Counted from the stretch's first letter, positions 46,400 through 57,930 are shown. The stretch: DNA of 64,000 bases from Thermoplasmatota archaeon (GCA_029762535.1 JARVGK010000002.1:64001-128000); one strand, 5' to 3'. Numbers and translations: made by a program. The notes: a model not told the origin generated them from the letters alone.

Positions 46400-47704
46400 C
46401 TATGCCTCGGAACCCTTTGCGAACAGGAACACATGGACCGGGACCACGTTCTCCTGGAACGTGTCTTTGGACAGTACTACGAATCTCTTGAAATGAGCCC
46501 TGTTGTATTGGTCTTTTGATGTGATCCGGGTTTGGTACTTCACCTCGATCCCGAGGTCCTCTTCGATGACGAAATCCGTCTCCTTCTTGATCTTCGTATA
46601 GTGAATGGTCTTCATGGGATCAGCAGATTTGATATTGGATGCCACGATCCCTTCGATGACCTTTTCCTTATCTACCTGGATGTTCAGCTTCTCGGAGAGG
46701 ACTCGAAGTATGAAAGGGTCGTAAAAGTATAGTTTCTTGTTCTTCACGTGATCGGTTTTCTTGGATCCGATATCGAAGAAATAACAATCGATTATGACGA
46801 AGATATGTGTCAGCACCTCTATGTAGGAAGCGATCGTGACATGACTCCTCACGGACGATCTCTTGGCCAATGAGTCCCAGGAGATGGGAGTGCTGTAGGT
46901 TTGAAGGATCCCCTTCATCACCTCTTTTAGCGTTTGCTCGTTCTTGCCTTCCTTTATCACATCGCCAACGATCCAGGAGTAGTAGAGATCGTAGATGAAA
47001 GGGGGGAACTCTCCATTATCCGAGTATTCGTTTATGGCCAGAGGTATTCCACCGGTATTGAGGTATCTCTCGAACAATACCTTGAGCTCGGAACTTTGAT
47101 ATCTCAGCTCTGCCGGGCCTTTCTTCTCGTTTCGGGCATAGAATTTCGGATCGGTCAGTCGGACGTATTCCCTGAAGGTCAGTGGAAGCAGGAAAAGGTC
47201 CTTACCATGCTTTCCTCTCCTTCCGGGAAGCCTCTCCGATCCCTTCTTGAGGTCCATCGAGTTCGATCCAGTGAGGATGAAACAGGCATCAGGGGCTAGA
47301 TCAATGTCAATGAGGAACTTTATGGATCTCTGCCAGTCACCGATACCGGTGATCTCGTCAAGGATGATGAACTTCGGTTCGGATCCCATCACCTTGCTGA
47401 ACTCGACGTAGTCCTCGATCAATCTCTGGAGATCCTCCCTGTTGGTTAGATTGTCACAGGTCCAATAGAAGATGCCCTCCTTGGGGATCCCGTTCTTGAG
47501 GAGCTTTCTGATCAGCATCTTGAGGAACGTTGTCTTTCCGATCTGGCGGGGACCTCGGATGATGTAGGTGTTTCCTCCGAGGAAATCCACGTCCAGCAGA
47601 GAGGGGATGTGGACATACTTTGACCTTTCGAGCTCCATAAGATGCTTGTCCCTCTCGATCGCGTTCTCGTGATCCCACCAGGGGTTCAATGTCTTGATAT
47701 TCAT
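46400..47704 (-). CDS. AAA_14 ATPase with DUF4143 domain
   Basis: GPRQIGKTT, ILDEIT, LTGSN, ERLPGR, TGGIP, KKLYFYDP, ETDF...IEVKY. Confidence 0.9.
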   Translation of the reverse strand: MNIKTLNPWWDHENAIERDKHLMELERSKYVHIPSLLDVDFLGGNTYIIRGPRQIGKTTFLKMLIRKLLKNGIPKEGIFYWTCDNLTNREDLQRLIEDYVEFSKVMGSEPKFIILDEITGIGDWQRSIKFLIDIDLAPDACFILTGSNSMDLKKGSERLPGRRGKHGKDLFLLPLTFREYVRLTDPKFYARNEKKGPAELRYQSSELKVLFERYLNTGGIPLAINEYSDNGEFPPFIYDLYYSWIVGDVIKEGKNEQTLKEVMKGILQTYSTPISWDSLAKRSSVRSHVTIASYIEVLTHIFVIIDCYFFDIGSKKTDHVKNKKLYFYDPFILRVLSEKLNIQVDKEKVIEGIVASNIKSADPMKTIHYTKIKKETDFVIEEDLGIEVKYQTRITSKDQYNRAHFKRFVVLSKDTFQENVVPVHVFLFAKGSEA

Positions 47705-47757
47705 TGTTAATGATAATAACAGTCTCTTTATATAAGGATTGTTAATGTCAATAACAA
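47704..47757 (-). promoter_or_regulatory. Leaderless promoter: TATA box flanked by two imperfect palindromic operators
   Basis: ttgttaatgataataaca (47704-47721) and ttgttaatgtcaataacaa (47739-47757) flank tttatataa. Confidence 0.6.
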
Positions 47758-48048
47758 CCTCGTCTTGATCATCTCATCTCCATCAACCTTCCCATGGGCC
47801 GGATCTGACCAGTCTCGCTTTCTTGTACCTTGGGAAAAAGAACGATGGAAATCGATCTCGAGGCCTAGAAATAGCATTGGTCGAAGGACCGATGAGGGAT
47901 AATGGTATAGAACGGCCTGCATGGTTATAGCAGGGTCTTTGATGACAGGGATGTCAGGAAAGTGTTTTCCGACCAGTCGGATCCGATCCGGTCAGAAATA
48001 ATGGACCTCAGACACAATGTGGCATCGAGCCGATATCCTTCAGGACGA

Positions 48049-48990
48049 TCAGATCATGCTCGTCCCGGCCCTGCCCTCCAAGGCCTCGAAGCCGTCCTTG
48101 ATGGAGGATATTATCACTTTTTTCCCCCCTCCCTCGAGGAACTGTATTGCCGACTCGATCTTTGGACCCATGGACCCCTTCGGGAACTGCCCCTGCTCGA
48201 GATAGGCCTTTGCTTCCTCCAGTGTTGCGTTGCGGAGCTTTCTCTGGTCCGGAGTGCCGTAGTCGAGGTACACTCCGTCCGCCTCCGTGAGGATCAGAAG
48301 GATCTGCGCCCCGATGTTGAGACCGAGGACGGCGGAGGCACGGTCCTTGTCTATCACGGCATCGACGCCCTCCCAGCGGCCGTCGTTCTCCCTATACACC
48401 GGGATCCCGCCGCCTCCGGCGGCGATGACGATCTTACCGGAGTGGACCAGATCCCTTATCGTTTGGCCGTTGATTATCTGAAGGGGTATCGGCGAGGGTA
48501 CGACCCGCCTCCATCCCCGACCCTTGTCCTCCTTTACCGTCCATCCGAGCCTGTCTCTCAGTTTCAGGGCCTCCTCCTCCGTGTAGAACTGGCCCACGAA
48601 CTTGTTCGGGTCCTTTATCGATGGATCATCGCGGTCCACCTCCACCTGGGTTGCTATCGTTACCACGTCCCTTTCAACGCCTTTTAGGATCAGCCCGTTC
48701 TGCAGAGACTGCTCTATCATGTAACCGATCCCGCCCTGTGTGTCGGCGACGAGTACGCCCAGGGGCAGGTCCGGGGCGACGCTTCTGGCCATCTCGACCC
48801 TCAACAGTGCGTTCCCCACCTGCGGCCCGTTCCCGTGTGTGATCGCCATCCTGTAGCCCTCCTCTATCATTTTGAGGATGGGGGGCAGGCTCTCCCTTGT
48901 GTGCCTGAACTGGTTCTGTATGGTGTCGGGGATCCCTTTCCTGGTTATCGCATTGCCGCCGAGGGCAACGACAACGGTCTTCCTCTTCAT
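48049..48990 (-). CDS. arcC: Carbamate kinase
   Basis: VVALGGNA, THGNGPQVG, GWRRVVPSP, GGGGIPV, AVIDKD, GSMGPKI. Confidence 0.97.
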   Translation of the reverse strand: MKRKTVVVALGGNAITRKGIPDTIQNQFRHTRESLPPILKMIEEGYRMAITHGNGPQVGNALLRVEMARSVAPDLPLGVLVADTQGGIGYMIEQSLQNGLILKGVERDVVTIATQVEVDRDDPSIKDPNKFVGQFYTEEEALKLRDRLGWTVKEDKGRGWRRVVPSPIPLQIINGQTIRDLVHSGKIVIAAGGGGIPVYRENDGRWEGVDAVIDKDRASAVLGLNIGAQILLILTEADGVYLDYGTPDQRKLRNATLEEAKAYLEQGQFPKGSMGPKIESAIQFLEGGGKKVIISSIKDGFEALEGRAGTSMI

Positions 48991-49069
48991 GTATTTCCTC
49001 CCTTTTAGGCGGAGTTGGGTGTTAGGTAGAACGTATTATTTATAATGGATTGAGCCGTTTTGTCAAGAT

Positions 49070-49420
49070 ATGACGAGAAAGGTGGCGTTGTTCGCTTTCA
49101 ACGGGGACCAAATGTGCTTCGTTCATGTCCTCCTCAACAGCCTGGACATGGCAGATAGGGGATACGATGTCAAGCTGGTCATCGAGGGATCGGCAACGGG
49201 ATTGATCCCCCGCTTCTCGGACCCTGCCGAGCCTTTCAAAGCCCTCTATTCCAGGGTCCTCTCCGAAGGATTGATAGACAGCGCCTGCAAGGCGTGCTGT
49301 AGCAAGATGGGGACATTGGGTTCCGCTCGGGAACAGGGGATCCGCCTCTCCTTTGATATGTCGGGCCATCCCTCTATAGCGAGGTACATCGAAGATGGAT
49401 ACGAGATAATGACCTTCTGA
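49070..49420 (+). CDS. DsrE-like protein
   Basis: CFVHVLLNSLDM, VKLVIEG, ACKAC, MSGHPSI. Confidence 0.7.
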   Translation: MTRKVALFAFNGDQMCFVHVLLNSLDMADRGYDVKLVIEGSATGLIPRFSDPAEPFKALYSRVLSEGLIDSACKACCSKMGTLGSAREQGIRLSFDMSGHPSIARYIEDGYEIMTF

Positions 49421-49473
49421 GAGGGGTCAGCTATATCTCCATCCAGTGCGATACCTCTTATGGAGGGACCTCC

Positions 49474-49899
49474 ATGGACGATGATAAAGAGCTCGAGATG
49501 ATACGAAAAAGGAAGATGGAATCGCTCATGAGGGAGATGGAGGAAGCGTCCCACAAGGCGCCCTTCCCCGACCGTCCAATCGACGCGACGGACCTGGACT
49601 TCAAGGATGTGATATCCAGATACGAATTGGTACTGGTGGATTTCTGGGCCCCGTGGTGCGCACCGTGCAAGATGGTCGCCCCTGTCATCGAGAAGCTGTC
49701 CTCCGAGTTGAAGGGAAAGGTCGCTTTCGTCAAGGTCAATGTCGATGAGAACCCCCTCACCGCAAGGTCCGATCAGGTCATGAGCATACCTACAATGGTG
49801 ATCTACTCAAAGGGAAGAATGGTGGACCGCTTCGTCGGAGCTCAGAGCAAGGCGGCCATCGAGGAGAGGCTTCGAAGGCACATGCCCAAAAGTGAGTGA
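49474..49899 (+). CDS. trxA: Thioredoxin
   Basis: VDFWAPWCAPCK, VMSIPT; archaeal-style N-terminal ELEMIRKRKM extension. Confidence 0.95.
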   Translation: MDDDKELEMIRKRKMESLMREMEEASHKAPFPDRPIDATDLDFKDVISRYELVLVDFWAPWCAPCKMVAPVIEKLSSELKGKVAFVKVNVDENPLTARSDQVMSIPTMVIYSKGRMVDRFVGAQSKAAIEERLRRHMPKSE

Positions 49900-49955
49900 T
49901 CACATCCCTTATCACCCTTAAATACACCTTCACCCTTGGATGTGGTGTGGTCCGG

Positions 49956-50558
49956 ATGATCCGCTACCCCGAGCACGGACTTACGCCTCGAGAGATCGAG
50001 GATATGGAGCCGAGGCGCAACATCATCAAGGCCGCCGTCATGCTGATGCTCATTTTCATATTGTCCCTGGTCCTGAGCTATCTGTTCAAAGGTGAGCTCG
50101 AAGCGGCTGGTCTATGGCTCGTTGAGAGGCTGGGCTTCTTCGGGATGTTCCTGACGGTCCTCATCATGGACACGTTCATAATGCCCGTCTCTCCGGACAT
50201 CGTGATATTCGTCTCTATAGCTGGCGACATGAACCCGCTCCTCGCGCTGATTGCTATGATATCCGGATCTATCTTAGGCGGGAACCTCGGATATCTCATC
50301 GGGAGATACATCGGCAAGACCAGATCGGTCCGGGTCATGATGGGGCGCAACTACAACAAGGGGGTGTACCTGGCCTCGAGATACGGCATGAGGGCCGTTG
50401 TGCTCGGGGCGTTCACGCCGGTGCCTTTTTCAACGACATGCTGGCTGGCAGGGATGTTCCAGTTAAGGTATGTCGAGTTCCTCATAGCGACGACCTATCG
50501 GATGCCCAGGTTCCTTCTTTGGTACCTGATAATAGGGACGGGCTTCAATTTCATCTGA
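49956..50558 (+). CDS. VTT/YqaA (DedA-like) membrane protein
   Basis: PVSPD, GSILGGNLGYLIGR, FTPVPFS. Confidence 0.8.
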   Translation: MIRYPEHGLTPREIEDMEPRRNIIKAAVMLMLIFILSLVLSYLFKGELEAAGLWLVERLGFFGMFLTVLIMDTFIMPVSPDIVIFVSIAGDMNPLLALIAMISGSILGGNLGYLIGRYIGKTRSVRVMMGRNYNKGVYLASRYGMRAVVLGAFTPVPFSTTCWLAGMFQLRYVEFLIATTYRMPRFLLWYLIIGTGFNFI

Positions 50559-50559
50559 A

Positions 50560-51642
50560 TCACGGGATGATCTCGCAGCCGTCGTTTATCCTGGGATGGT
50601 CAAAGCTGTCAGCGGGCAGTATCCCTTCATCCAGCAGGTGCCTGACCTCGGGAAGGGCCTCGCGGAGGAGGTCTATCATCCTCCCGGTCGATACGCATAC
50701 CCTGTCGAACAGTTCCCGGCCCCAAGACATCGTCATATTGGAATACAGGCAGCGTCCCCCGCATATGTCCAATATGTCGCACTCCGTGCATGGCGAGCCA
50801 ACCGGACGGGACCCGGCGATGTCAGAAGGGCGGGATGAACAGATGTGTCCTACGAGCGAATAGGGCAGCTCCGGGGCGATGGGGCACGCGTGTATCTCTC
50901 CCGAGGTCATTATCGAGAACGAGTCGATCCCCGAACCGCATCTGAGGGACGAGGGGATCCCGGTCAGAAGCGTACTCATCAACGGGATGAAAGGCACGAT
51001 CCTGGGCCGCCCCCCCTTGCGGAGGTGATGCAGGAAATGATCGACAAGCCGGGATATGCCATCGTCGTAACGATCGAGGAATCCTGTTATGTCCTCCCTA
51101 TTCTCTATCTCCGACCAGAAAACATCGAGCTGCCAGTGGACATGGTCGAATATTTCGTTCCCGGCATCGAGAAGATGCGTCACGTCCCGAAGTATATCTC
51201 CCCCGTCCGAGAACGCCATCCTTGCAACGAGATCCCCCGTAAAACCCCTATCCCTCATATCCATGACGTTATTCATGACCCTGTCGTACGTCCCCGCACC
51301 CCTGTTGTGATCCGTTATCTCCCGGGATCCGTCTATGGAGACCAGGATCGAATGGAGACGCTTGAGATAGGCATCGGGCAGGCTCTTGAGCAGGGTCCCG
51401 TTCGTCTGCAGCGTGAAGGCCCTTGCAGGGATACGGTCCATTATCTCGACCATCCGATCCACGGCCAGGAGGGGTTCGCCCCCGTAGAAGCCTATCACTG
51501 GACCGTCGTCGAGGGATAGGAACCGGCCAAGCTCCCCGATGTCGTAGGATATGTTCAGGGGCAGGTCCGGTATGTTCCTGGTGCCTCCGCAGTAGCGGCA
51601 GGAGAGATTGCACCTCTCGGTCGTTATGACATGATACTGCAT
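50560..51642 (-). CDS. Radical SAM/SPASM protein (archaeal AF0577/TIGR04084-like)
   Basis: CNLSCRYC, FYGGEPLL, QTNG, DHVHWQLD, RCGSG, CTEC...CGGRC, C-terminal GCEIIP. Confidence 0.85.
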   Translation of the reverse strand: MQYHVITTERCNLSCRYCGGTRNIPDLPLNISYDIGELGRFLSLDDGPVIGFYGGEPLLAVDRMVEIMDRIPARAFTLQTNGTLLKSLPDAYLKRLHSILVSIDGSREITDHNRGAGTYDRVMNNVMDMRDRGFTGDLVARMAFSDGGDILRDVTHLLDAGNEIFDHVHWQLDVFWSEIENREDITGFLDRYDDGISRLVDHFLHHLRKGGRPRIVPFIPLMSTLLTGIPSSLRCGSGIDSFSIMTSGEIHACPIAPELPYSLVGHICSSRPSDIAGSRPVGSPCTECDILDICGGRCLYSNMTMSWGRELFDRVCVSTGRMIDLLREALPEVRHLLDEGILPADSFDHPRINDGCEIIP

Positions 51643-51702
51643 CGGCCCACCTCATACCGATCCGGATAATATCGGTTGCGGAATCTTCGAGGGCCTTTTC
51701 GA

Positions 51703-52185
51703 TCATACCGTCGATCCTATCTCCTCCAGACGGTCCATTACGTCCTCCTCAAGGGCCCTGTCCTTCAGATAATCCATATCCAACCGGTCCAAGTATATGC
51801 CGTAGAGGTATCTGGCCTGCTCGCAGTCGGTGTTCGATCTCCACCATTTACAAGCGCACAACCTGTCCACAAGAAGGTCCTCGACCGATATGACCCTTAT
51901 CACATGGTCCGTCCCCTTGATGGCGATCTCATTGTATCTTCCGTACAATCTGGATCCCACTATATCGATGAAGATCTTGTCCTTTATGAAGTACCTGCCC
52001 TCCTTTGAAAAACCCAAAGTGAGCAGGATCGGGGCGATCTCCTTGGAATTTCCGACGATGTCAACGTCTCCGGTCGTGTACATGCCTCCAGTGTAGAACT
52101 CGACCGCGCTGCCCCCTACCATCACCGGACTTCTCCTTGCGGCATTGGATATCTCCGACAGGAGTTCGATAAGTCCGCTATCCAT
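51703..52185 (-). CDS. Nucleotidyltransferase-fold protein (DUF6036-like)
   Basis: VMVGGSAVEFYTGGMYTTGDVDIV, EDLLVDRL. Confidence 0.75.
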   Translation of the reverse strand: MDSGLIELLSEISNAARRSPVMVGGSAVEFYTGGMYTTGDVDIVGNSKEIAPILLTLGFSKEGRYFIKDKIFIDIVGSRLYGRYNEIAIKGTDHVIRVISVEDLLVDRLCACKWWRSNTDCEQARYLYGIYLDRLDMDYLKDRALEEDVMDRLEEIGSTV

Positions 52186-52438
52186 TCAGGTCGACCTCCA
52201 CGATCATCCCGTTTTCCCAGACCACGTTCTTCCTGGCCCAATCCCTGGAGGCTTTGATCATGGCTTTAAGCTTTTTTGGATCCCTTCTCTTTTTTTCCCC
52301 ATCCCTCTCAAGCCTCTCGGCGATGTCGATGAGCTCCCCCAGGTATTCGTCATATGTCTTCCTGAACTTCAACCTGTAGAGGCGATCCCTTGTCGAGGAC
52401 CGTATCTGTATCGTCGTCATCCTGTCATTATTTTCCAT
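52178..52438 (-). CDS. Small RHH/antitoxin-like DNA-binding protein
   Basis: TTIQIRSSTRDRLYRLKFRKTYDEYL; overlaps the nucleotidyltransferase start. Confidence 0.65.
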   Translation of the reverse strand: MENNDRMTTIQIRSSTRDRLYRLKFRKTYDEYLGELIDIAERLERDGEKKRRDPKKLKAMIKASRDWARKNVVWENGMIVEVDLNG

Positions 52439-52620
52439 AAGATTATATAACTTATATATTATATAAATAATTTTTCTATCATATAGGAGATCTCAAAGTC
52501 TCGCCTTCCACCCCTGAATCTCCACTTCCAGATCGAGATCCGCCCCAATCCGCCAGCGGAGGGAAGGAGAGGGCCCCTGCATGTTACTATCAGAAGATCG
52601 TTCCTCCCCATCGAAAAACA

Positions 52621-54639
52621 TCATGTAACTACCTCCTCGACCTTCCCCTCGAGGGAGGCGAGGATCCCCTTCTTGATCCTCTTCACCGCCTCACCTTCCT
52701 TAGGAAGGGCGGACATGTCCATGCCCATCTTCTCGGACATGATCATGAACATCAACGATTCGAAGGCGGAATACGATCCCTCCCCCTGGCCGATGACCAT
52801 TTTTGGAACCACATCCACTTTGGACTCCTCTATGGCCCTTGAAAACCTGTCCACGCTCTGCTGGAGGACCTGATATCTAGGCCCGCCGTAGGCGCGGACC
52901 TTCTCCTGTATCGCCAAAGCCTGGGCTATGCCAACTCTGGCCTGACGTTCGGCGCTCGCCTCGGCCAGTGTCCGGATCCTCATAGCCTCCTGGACGGACC
53001 TCTCGTACTCGGCCCTTCCCTGGTTCTTCTGGATATCTATGCCGATCTCGGACTCCGTCAGGAACTCCTGCTGTTTGGCCCTGGCCCTGGCCTCGTTGAG
53101 CTCCCTTTCCTTCACCGAGGCCTCCTGCTGCCTCTGGAAGGTCTCGAGCTTCTCCCTGGCGATCTGCCTGTCCCTGAGCTGGACCAGGATCTGCTCGATC
53201 CTACCGTCATTGGTGGAGGAAGCAGGCGTGCCTATGAGCACCTCCTCAAGCTCCAGATCATAGTGGGCGAACTTCTCCTTCATATCGCTGGAAGCTGTAG
53301 CCTGGATAGCGGAGCGCTCCTGGATCAGTTCTATCAGTGTCCTGGTCTGCCCTATGTTCTTGAAGTAGGCGGCAACCATCGGGTCGAGTGTCTGGTCCAC
53401 CAGCTTCTTCACGTCCCCGAAACGCTGGATCACAAGCGGGGCCCTCCTGTAATCGATGTGTATTACGACAGATAACGGCAGTTCCGGCTCGAAAGCGTCC
53501 TTAGTGATCAGGTCGATGGCGGAGAGGTTCTCGTCCAATTTATGAGATCCTATCACATTCTTGATCCACTTGAGCACGATGTTAGTGGTTGGAACAAGGA
53601 TCACCATACCAGCGTAGATGTTGAACGGGTACTTTCCTGGCATCAGGGAGTCCTTCCATACGCCTTTCTTCCCCACTTCGACCAGTTCCCCGTGTTTGTA
53701 ATCTATGCCGGATTCATCGATGCCCTTGGACCCGACATATGATACGACGACACCAACATATCCTACGGGGACTATGGTCTTGGGAACTATCTCGACCGTT
53801 GCGAACAGCCTGTTGATGAAATAGGTCCCGTCCACCAGCACCTGGTATTGCTTACCGCGGCGTCCCCCGCTCTCAAGGAAGGTCTCGGGGTCCTGGAAAT
53901 GGTTATGGTTCGCCTTGGATCCTGGCACTTCGGCCCCGACCAGCGGGGCTATTATCTCCCCCGGGCTGAGAGGCGGTCCGTCGTGGACGGTGACGATCCC
54001 TATGTTGTCCTCACTGCCCTGGATCGTGATCGGTCTGAAACCCTTCTCCCTGCGGATCTGCTCGGACATCCATTCGAAGGTCTTGCTATCATCGTGCCCG
54101 ATCTGCCAGTAGTATATCCTGTTCTCGAGGATCACGACGAACTGGGAGAGGTTGATTGCGTAGGTCCCCTCCCTCAATATCCCTCTTTGGGGGCCTCTTT
54201 GGCCGTTGTTCTCCAAGAATCCCCTTACCGATTGAAAATCATGGGACTCCTCAACGATCCTTCCAAGTGTTTGGGATGGTTTCAGAGGGACCCCGTCCCT
54301 GGCGAAGACGTAACCTATCTGGCCCCTGGGTATGGTCACCAAGGGGATCTTATGGATGCTGAAAATGTATCTGGGTTTGATATGCAATCCGCCCCTGAGG
54401 ATCTCCGGCTGATAGCCTGCCTCTTTGTTCAGGGCGATTATCCTATCCTTCAGCGAGCCCCTCGAGGACATCCTCTTCTCGACGATAGCGCAGAAATTGT
54501 TCGGAATTATCCTTATCCCGGCCATCCAGAAGAAGAATATCAGGATGGCGCCCATAAATAGAAAGACGATCTCCCACATTTTGCATTTCCTGGGGGACGA
54601 TATCGCCCCTTGGAACGATGATATTGGGATCTTTTCCAT
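52621..54639 (-). CDS. SPFH/flotillin family protein
   Basis: N-terminal TM, repeated GVVV/GKQ/GTY modules, ELEEVLIG, coiled-coil C-terminus, VVPKMVI. Confidence 0.85.
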   Translation of the reverse strand: MEKIPISSFQGAISSPRKCKMWEIVFLFMGAILIFFFWMAGIRIIPNNFCAIVEKRMSSRGSLKDRIIALNKEAGYQPEILRGGLHIKPRYIFSIHKIPLVTIPRGQIGYVFARDGVPLKPSQTLGRIVEESHDFQSVRGFLENNGQRGPQRGILREGTYAINLSQFVVILENRIYYWQIGHDDSKTFEWMSEQIRREKGFRPITIQGSEDNIGIVTVHDGPPLSPGEIIAPLVGAEVPGSKANHNHFQDPETFLESGGRRGKQYQVLVDGTYFINRLFATVEIVPKTIVPVGYVGVVVSYVGSKGIDESGIDYKHGELVEVGKKGVWKDSLMPGKYPFNIYAGMVILVPTTNIVLKWIKNVIGSHKLDENLSAIDLITKDAFEPELPLSVVIHIDYRRAPLVIQRFGDVKKLVDQTLDPMVAAYFKNIGQTRTLIELIQERSAIQATASSDMKEKFAHYDLELEEVLIGTPASSTNDGRIEQILVQLRDRQIAREKLETFQRQQEASVKERELNEARARAKQQEFLTESEIGIDIQKNQGRAEYERSVQEAMRIRTLAEASAERQARVGIAQALAIQEKVRAYGGPRYQVLQQSVDRFSRAIEESKVDVVPKMVIGQGEGSYSAFESLMFMIMSEKMGMDMSALPKEGEAVKRIKKGILASLEGKVEEVVT

Positions 54640-54724
54640 TATACCATTTTCATTTCGAGAGGGGATTTTTATTCATAAATTCACGTAAATTCCATACTGT
54701 TTAATATCAGAAGGATCTTCCATC

Positions 54725-55936
54725 ATGGGAAGCAGCATGAAGAAGCGGCGGGGAAAGCAGCCGGCCAAGCCCGATATGGGAGAGGCCATGAAGGAGAGGT
54801 CGATATCCCTCAAGGGAAGGCAGAACTCGACCATGAACATCCCGATGATATACAGAAGGACGTTCGAATGGACCGAGGAGAACGTGATGTTCAGGCCCGT
54901 GAACAAGAGGAGCTTCATAGTGAGCCGGCCCGATATACCGGATGAGGAGTTCAGGGCCGAGAACCACCTAAAGAGGGACCTGGACCTGTCCGATCTACCA
55001 TGGTATCATAAGGAGAGGGCCCGATCCGAAACGGACGATCCCTCCGACATGGAAGAGCTCAAAGAGATGCTTCTTTCCATGTCGCTCAAGGACAGATATG
55101 TGGACATCAACATCAATAGGCCCGCGGACAGCGGGCTCAACAGGAAGCTCAGGAGCGATCTCGAGAGGCTCTCGAGGGATCTGGGCTTCAAACTGCATTT
55201 CAAGGACCCCGTATACACATGCTCCTTCCTCTATCCGAAGCACAGCATGGTACAGATGGAGGCGATGTGCTCCGAACTACTTCTGAGATCCATCGATGCG
55301 GCATCGTCCTTCGCCGATTCGGTGTACGAACTGGATATAGAGGGATCGGGATCCGCCCTCTCGGACCTTCTGTACTCGATACAGACCGTTGAGAGCTCGA
55401 TAGACGCAGTTTTCACCGATTCGCTGAACCTGCTCTGGGATCCGCCCCCGCTCGAGCCGCCGGGCCATTTCCTGCTGATACAGGCTCACGAGGCGGTGAA
55501 CGATGAGATAGAGAATATGGCCAAGGACTCTTTGAGGTTCCTGACTCTGCTCCCGCGCAATGACAGGGACATATGCGATCTGATATGGGACGAGTTCCTG
55601 CAGGTATGGAGGACATCCGTTCTTCCCTCGTTCGGCCTGTACAGGCGGCTGATCGCCGGAGAGGGGGATCCGGAACAGAGGGCCCTTGAGAGGATACGCA
55701 CGCATCGCATATGGAAGGAGAGAGAACCTTCCCCGCATACGGATTACATATCGAACATGGCTCAAAGGGTGGAGTCCACCGCAGCCAGCAGATCGGGGAA
55801 GGAGAGGATACTCGCCACCTCAGACTGCATTAAGGCGATGCAGTGCCTGTTCTCGATTAACGATTCCGCCTCCCGGATAGAGAGCATATCGCAGGTTGCA
55901 GCGACGATAATGCTATACCTTTCGAGATCGGCATAG
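54725..55936 (+). CDS. Hypothetical protein (possible AbrB-like N-terminus plus PhoU-like helices)
   Basis: Long ORF; NSTMNIPM resembles an AbrB-like strand; the rest is helical. Family assignment uncertain. Confidence 0.5.
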   Translation: MGSSMKKRRGKQPAKPDMGEAMKERSISLKGRQNSTMNIPMIYRRTFEWTEENVMFRPVNKRSFIVSRPDIPDEEFRAENHLKRDLDLSDLPWYHKERARSETDDPSDMEELKEMLLSMSLKDRYVDININRPADSGLNRKLRSDLERLSRDLGFKLHFKDPVYTCSFLYPKHSMVQMEAMCSELLLRSIDAASSFADSVYELDIEGSGSALSDLLYSIQTVESSIDAVFTDSLNLLWDPPPLEPPGHFLLIQAHEAVNDEIENMAKDSLRFLTLLPRNDRDICDLIWDEFLQVWRTSVLPSFGLYRRLIAGEGDPEQRALERIRTHRIWKEREPSPHTDYISNMAQRVESTAASRSGKERILATSDCIKAMQCLFSINDSASRIESISQVAATIMLYLSRSA

Positions 55937-56752
55937 CTTCTTCGTTATCAATACTGCAATGACGGAGGCCGAGACCAGGGCCGTTGGGAACGGAAGGGTT
56001 CTGGCCTCTCCCTTTTCGACGGGCTCATCCTCCGTTTTATTGTCCCATTCGCCCTCGATGATGTAGACCTTCGTCATAACGATATCATCTACGGGATGGT
56101 CCTTAAGCAGAGGGCGCCTGTTACCATATGTTTCGGTGGCGGCGATCCTTTTGGCAACGTCCAATCCCTCTATCACCACGCCGAAGACAGCATATCCATG
56201 CCCATTTCCAGCATCCATCCGGGGCTTGTCATCTAGACCATGCTGCGGCCCGTCGCATATGTAGAACTGCGAGGACGCGCTGTCCGGCTCCGAGGAGCGG
56301 GCCATGCCCAATGCCCCGTCGATATGGGTCGCGTCGTGGTTGATCTCGAGGGGGATGGTCTTTCCGGAACCGCCCATGCCGTCATCGTATGGATTTAGGT
56401 TCCTGGTGTTCGGATCCCCCGTCTGGGCTACGAAATCGTCTATGCATCTGTGGAACTTGATCCCGTCATAGAAGCCCGACTGGGCGAGATCAATGAAGTT
56501 CTGTGTCGTGATAGGGGTCATGTTCTCGTATAGCTCGAACTTGATGATGCCGTGGTCCTTGACCTCTATCACGGCGATCCTGTTAGGGCGGCCAATATCT
56601 TGGGCCTCGGTATATATCACACCATCCTCATAAGGTGCGGCCGAGGCGGATCGGACCATGGCGAGGGCCAACAGTGCCAGGACCAATACCGCATATGCCG
56701 CTTTCCTCAAAGGGGGTGCCATATGGCCTCTTACATGGTCGGTAATCGTCAT
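55913..56752 (-). CDS. Cyclophilin-type peptidyl-prolyl cis-trans isomerase, secreted/anchored
   Basis: [47 protein letters not shown]. Confidence 0.95.
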   Translation of the reverse strand: MTITDHVRGHMAPPLRKAAYAVLVLALLALAMVRSASAAPYEDGVIYTEAQDIGRPNRIAVIEVKDHGIIKFELYENMTPITTQNFIDLAQSGFYDGIKFHRCIDDFVAQTGDPNTRNLNPYDDGMGGSGKTIPLEINHDATHIDGALGMARSSEPDSASSQFYICDGPQHGLDDKPRMDAGNGHGYAVFGVVIEGLDVAKRIAATETYGNRRPLLKDHPVDDIVMTKVYIIEGEWDNKTEDEPVEKGEARTLPFPTALVSASVIAVLITKKLCRSRKV

Positions 56753-56823
56753 AAAGATTTCCGAAGCCTCCACAGAAGGATTAATTCCCTTTGACCGCAT
56801 GAGGATGGCTGCGAGGCATATAT

Positions 56824-57930
56824 ATGACGTCAAAGGTATTCTTCGCCGATCTAAAGAGCAGGTCCGAGGAGGGAAATACACAGAACAAGCTCGTCAGGCT
56901 TTTCGATATGGCCGGAATGGACGGGATCATCGAAAAGGGAGACCTGGTAGCGTTGAAGCTGCATTTCGGCGAGAGCGGATGCGATGCACACATAAGGCCC
57001 TCGCACGTCGGGAGGATCGCCCGGAGGGTAAAGGAACTCGGGGGATCCCCCTTTGCCACGGATACGAACACTTTATACAAGGGTTCGAGGCATAACTCGG
57101 TGGACCATCTGAGGACCGCCGTGGAGAACGGGTTCGATGCTGCCGTATTGGGATGCCCCGTGATCATAGCGGATGGGTTGACGGGCAAGAATGCTGTAAG
57201 CGTGAAGGTTGACCTCAAGAGGATAAAGAGCGCAAGGATCGCAGGAGACATATTCCACGCCGATTCGATGATAGTGATGACGCATTTCAAGGCCCATATG
57301 GTGGCGGGATTCGGAGGAGCGATAAAGAACGTGGCGATGGGATGCGCCACCGCGTACGGAAAGATGGACCAGCATTTCGCGAGGCCCAATGTGGACCCCG
57401 ACGTCTGCATCGGTTGCGGCCTCTGCACCGAGGTGTGCCCCGTATCAGCCCTCAAGGTTATCCAGGGTAAGGCCAGGATCGACAAGGCGACTTGCATAGG
57501 CTGCGGCGAGTGCATGACGGTCTGCGAGAACGACGCCATAGGTCTCGATTGGGGATCGGAGATCCCCCCCTTCAACGAGAGGATGGTTGAATATGCCTTC
57601 GCCGCCGTCAAGGACAAGAAGGGCAAGGTGGGCTACATCAATTTCCTCATGCAGATCTCCCCCGACTGCGACTGCGTTCCCTGGAGCGACAGTCCGATCG
57701 TCCCCGATATTGGTATTTTGGCATCGATGGACCCTGTCGCCCTGGACCGTGCATGCTTCGACCTTGTCAACGCCCAGGAGGGGATCAAGGGATCCCATCT
57801 TAAGCGAAACCTCGCCCGGGGAGAGGACAAGTTCAAGGGGCTGAGGCCGAATACGGACGGTTACCATCAGATAAGATACGCTGCCGGGATCGGCCTTGGA
57901 TCCGAGGATTACGAACTGGTCCCGTTATAA
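56824..57930 (+). CDS. DUF362 family Fe-S protein with 2x[4Fe-4S] ferredoxin domain
   Basis: [53 protein letters not shown]. Confidence 0.9.
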   Translation: MTSKVFFADLKSRSEEGNTQNKLVRLFDMAGMDGIIEKGDLVALKLHFGESGCDAHIRPSHVGRIARRVKELGGSPFATDTNTLYKGSRHNSVDHLRTAVENGFDAAVLGCPVIIADGLTGKNAVSVKVDLKRIKSARIAGDIFHADSMIVMTHFKAHMVAGFGGAIKNVAMGCATAYGKMDQHFARPNVDPDVCIGCGLCTEVCPVSALKVIQGKARIDKATCIGCGECMTVCENDAIGLDWGSEIPPFNERMVEYAFAAVKDKKGKVGYINFLMQISPDCDCVPWSDSPIVPDIGILASMDPVALDRACFDLVNAQEGIKGSHLKRNLARGEDKFKGLRPNTDGYHQIRYAAGIGLGSEDYELVPL

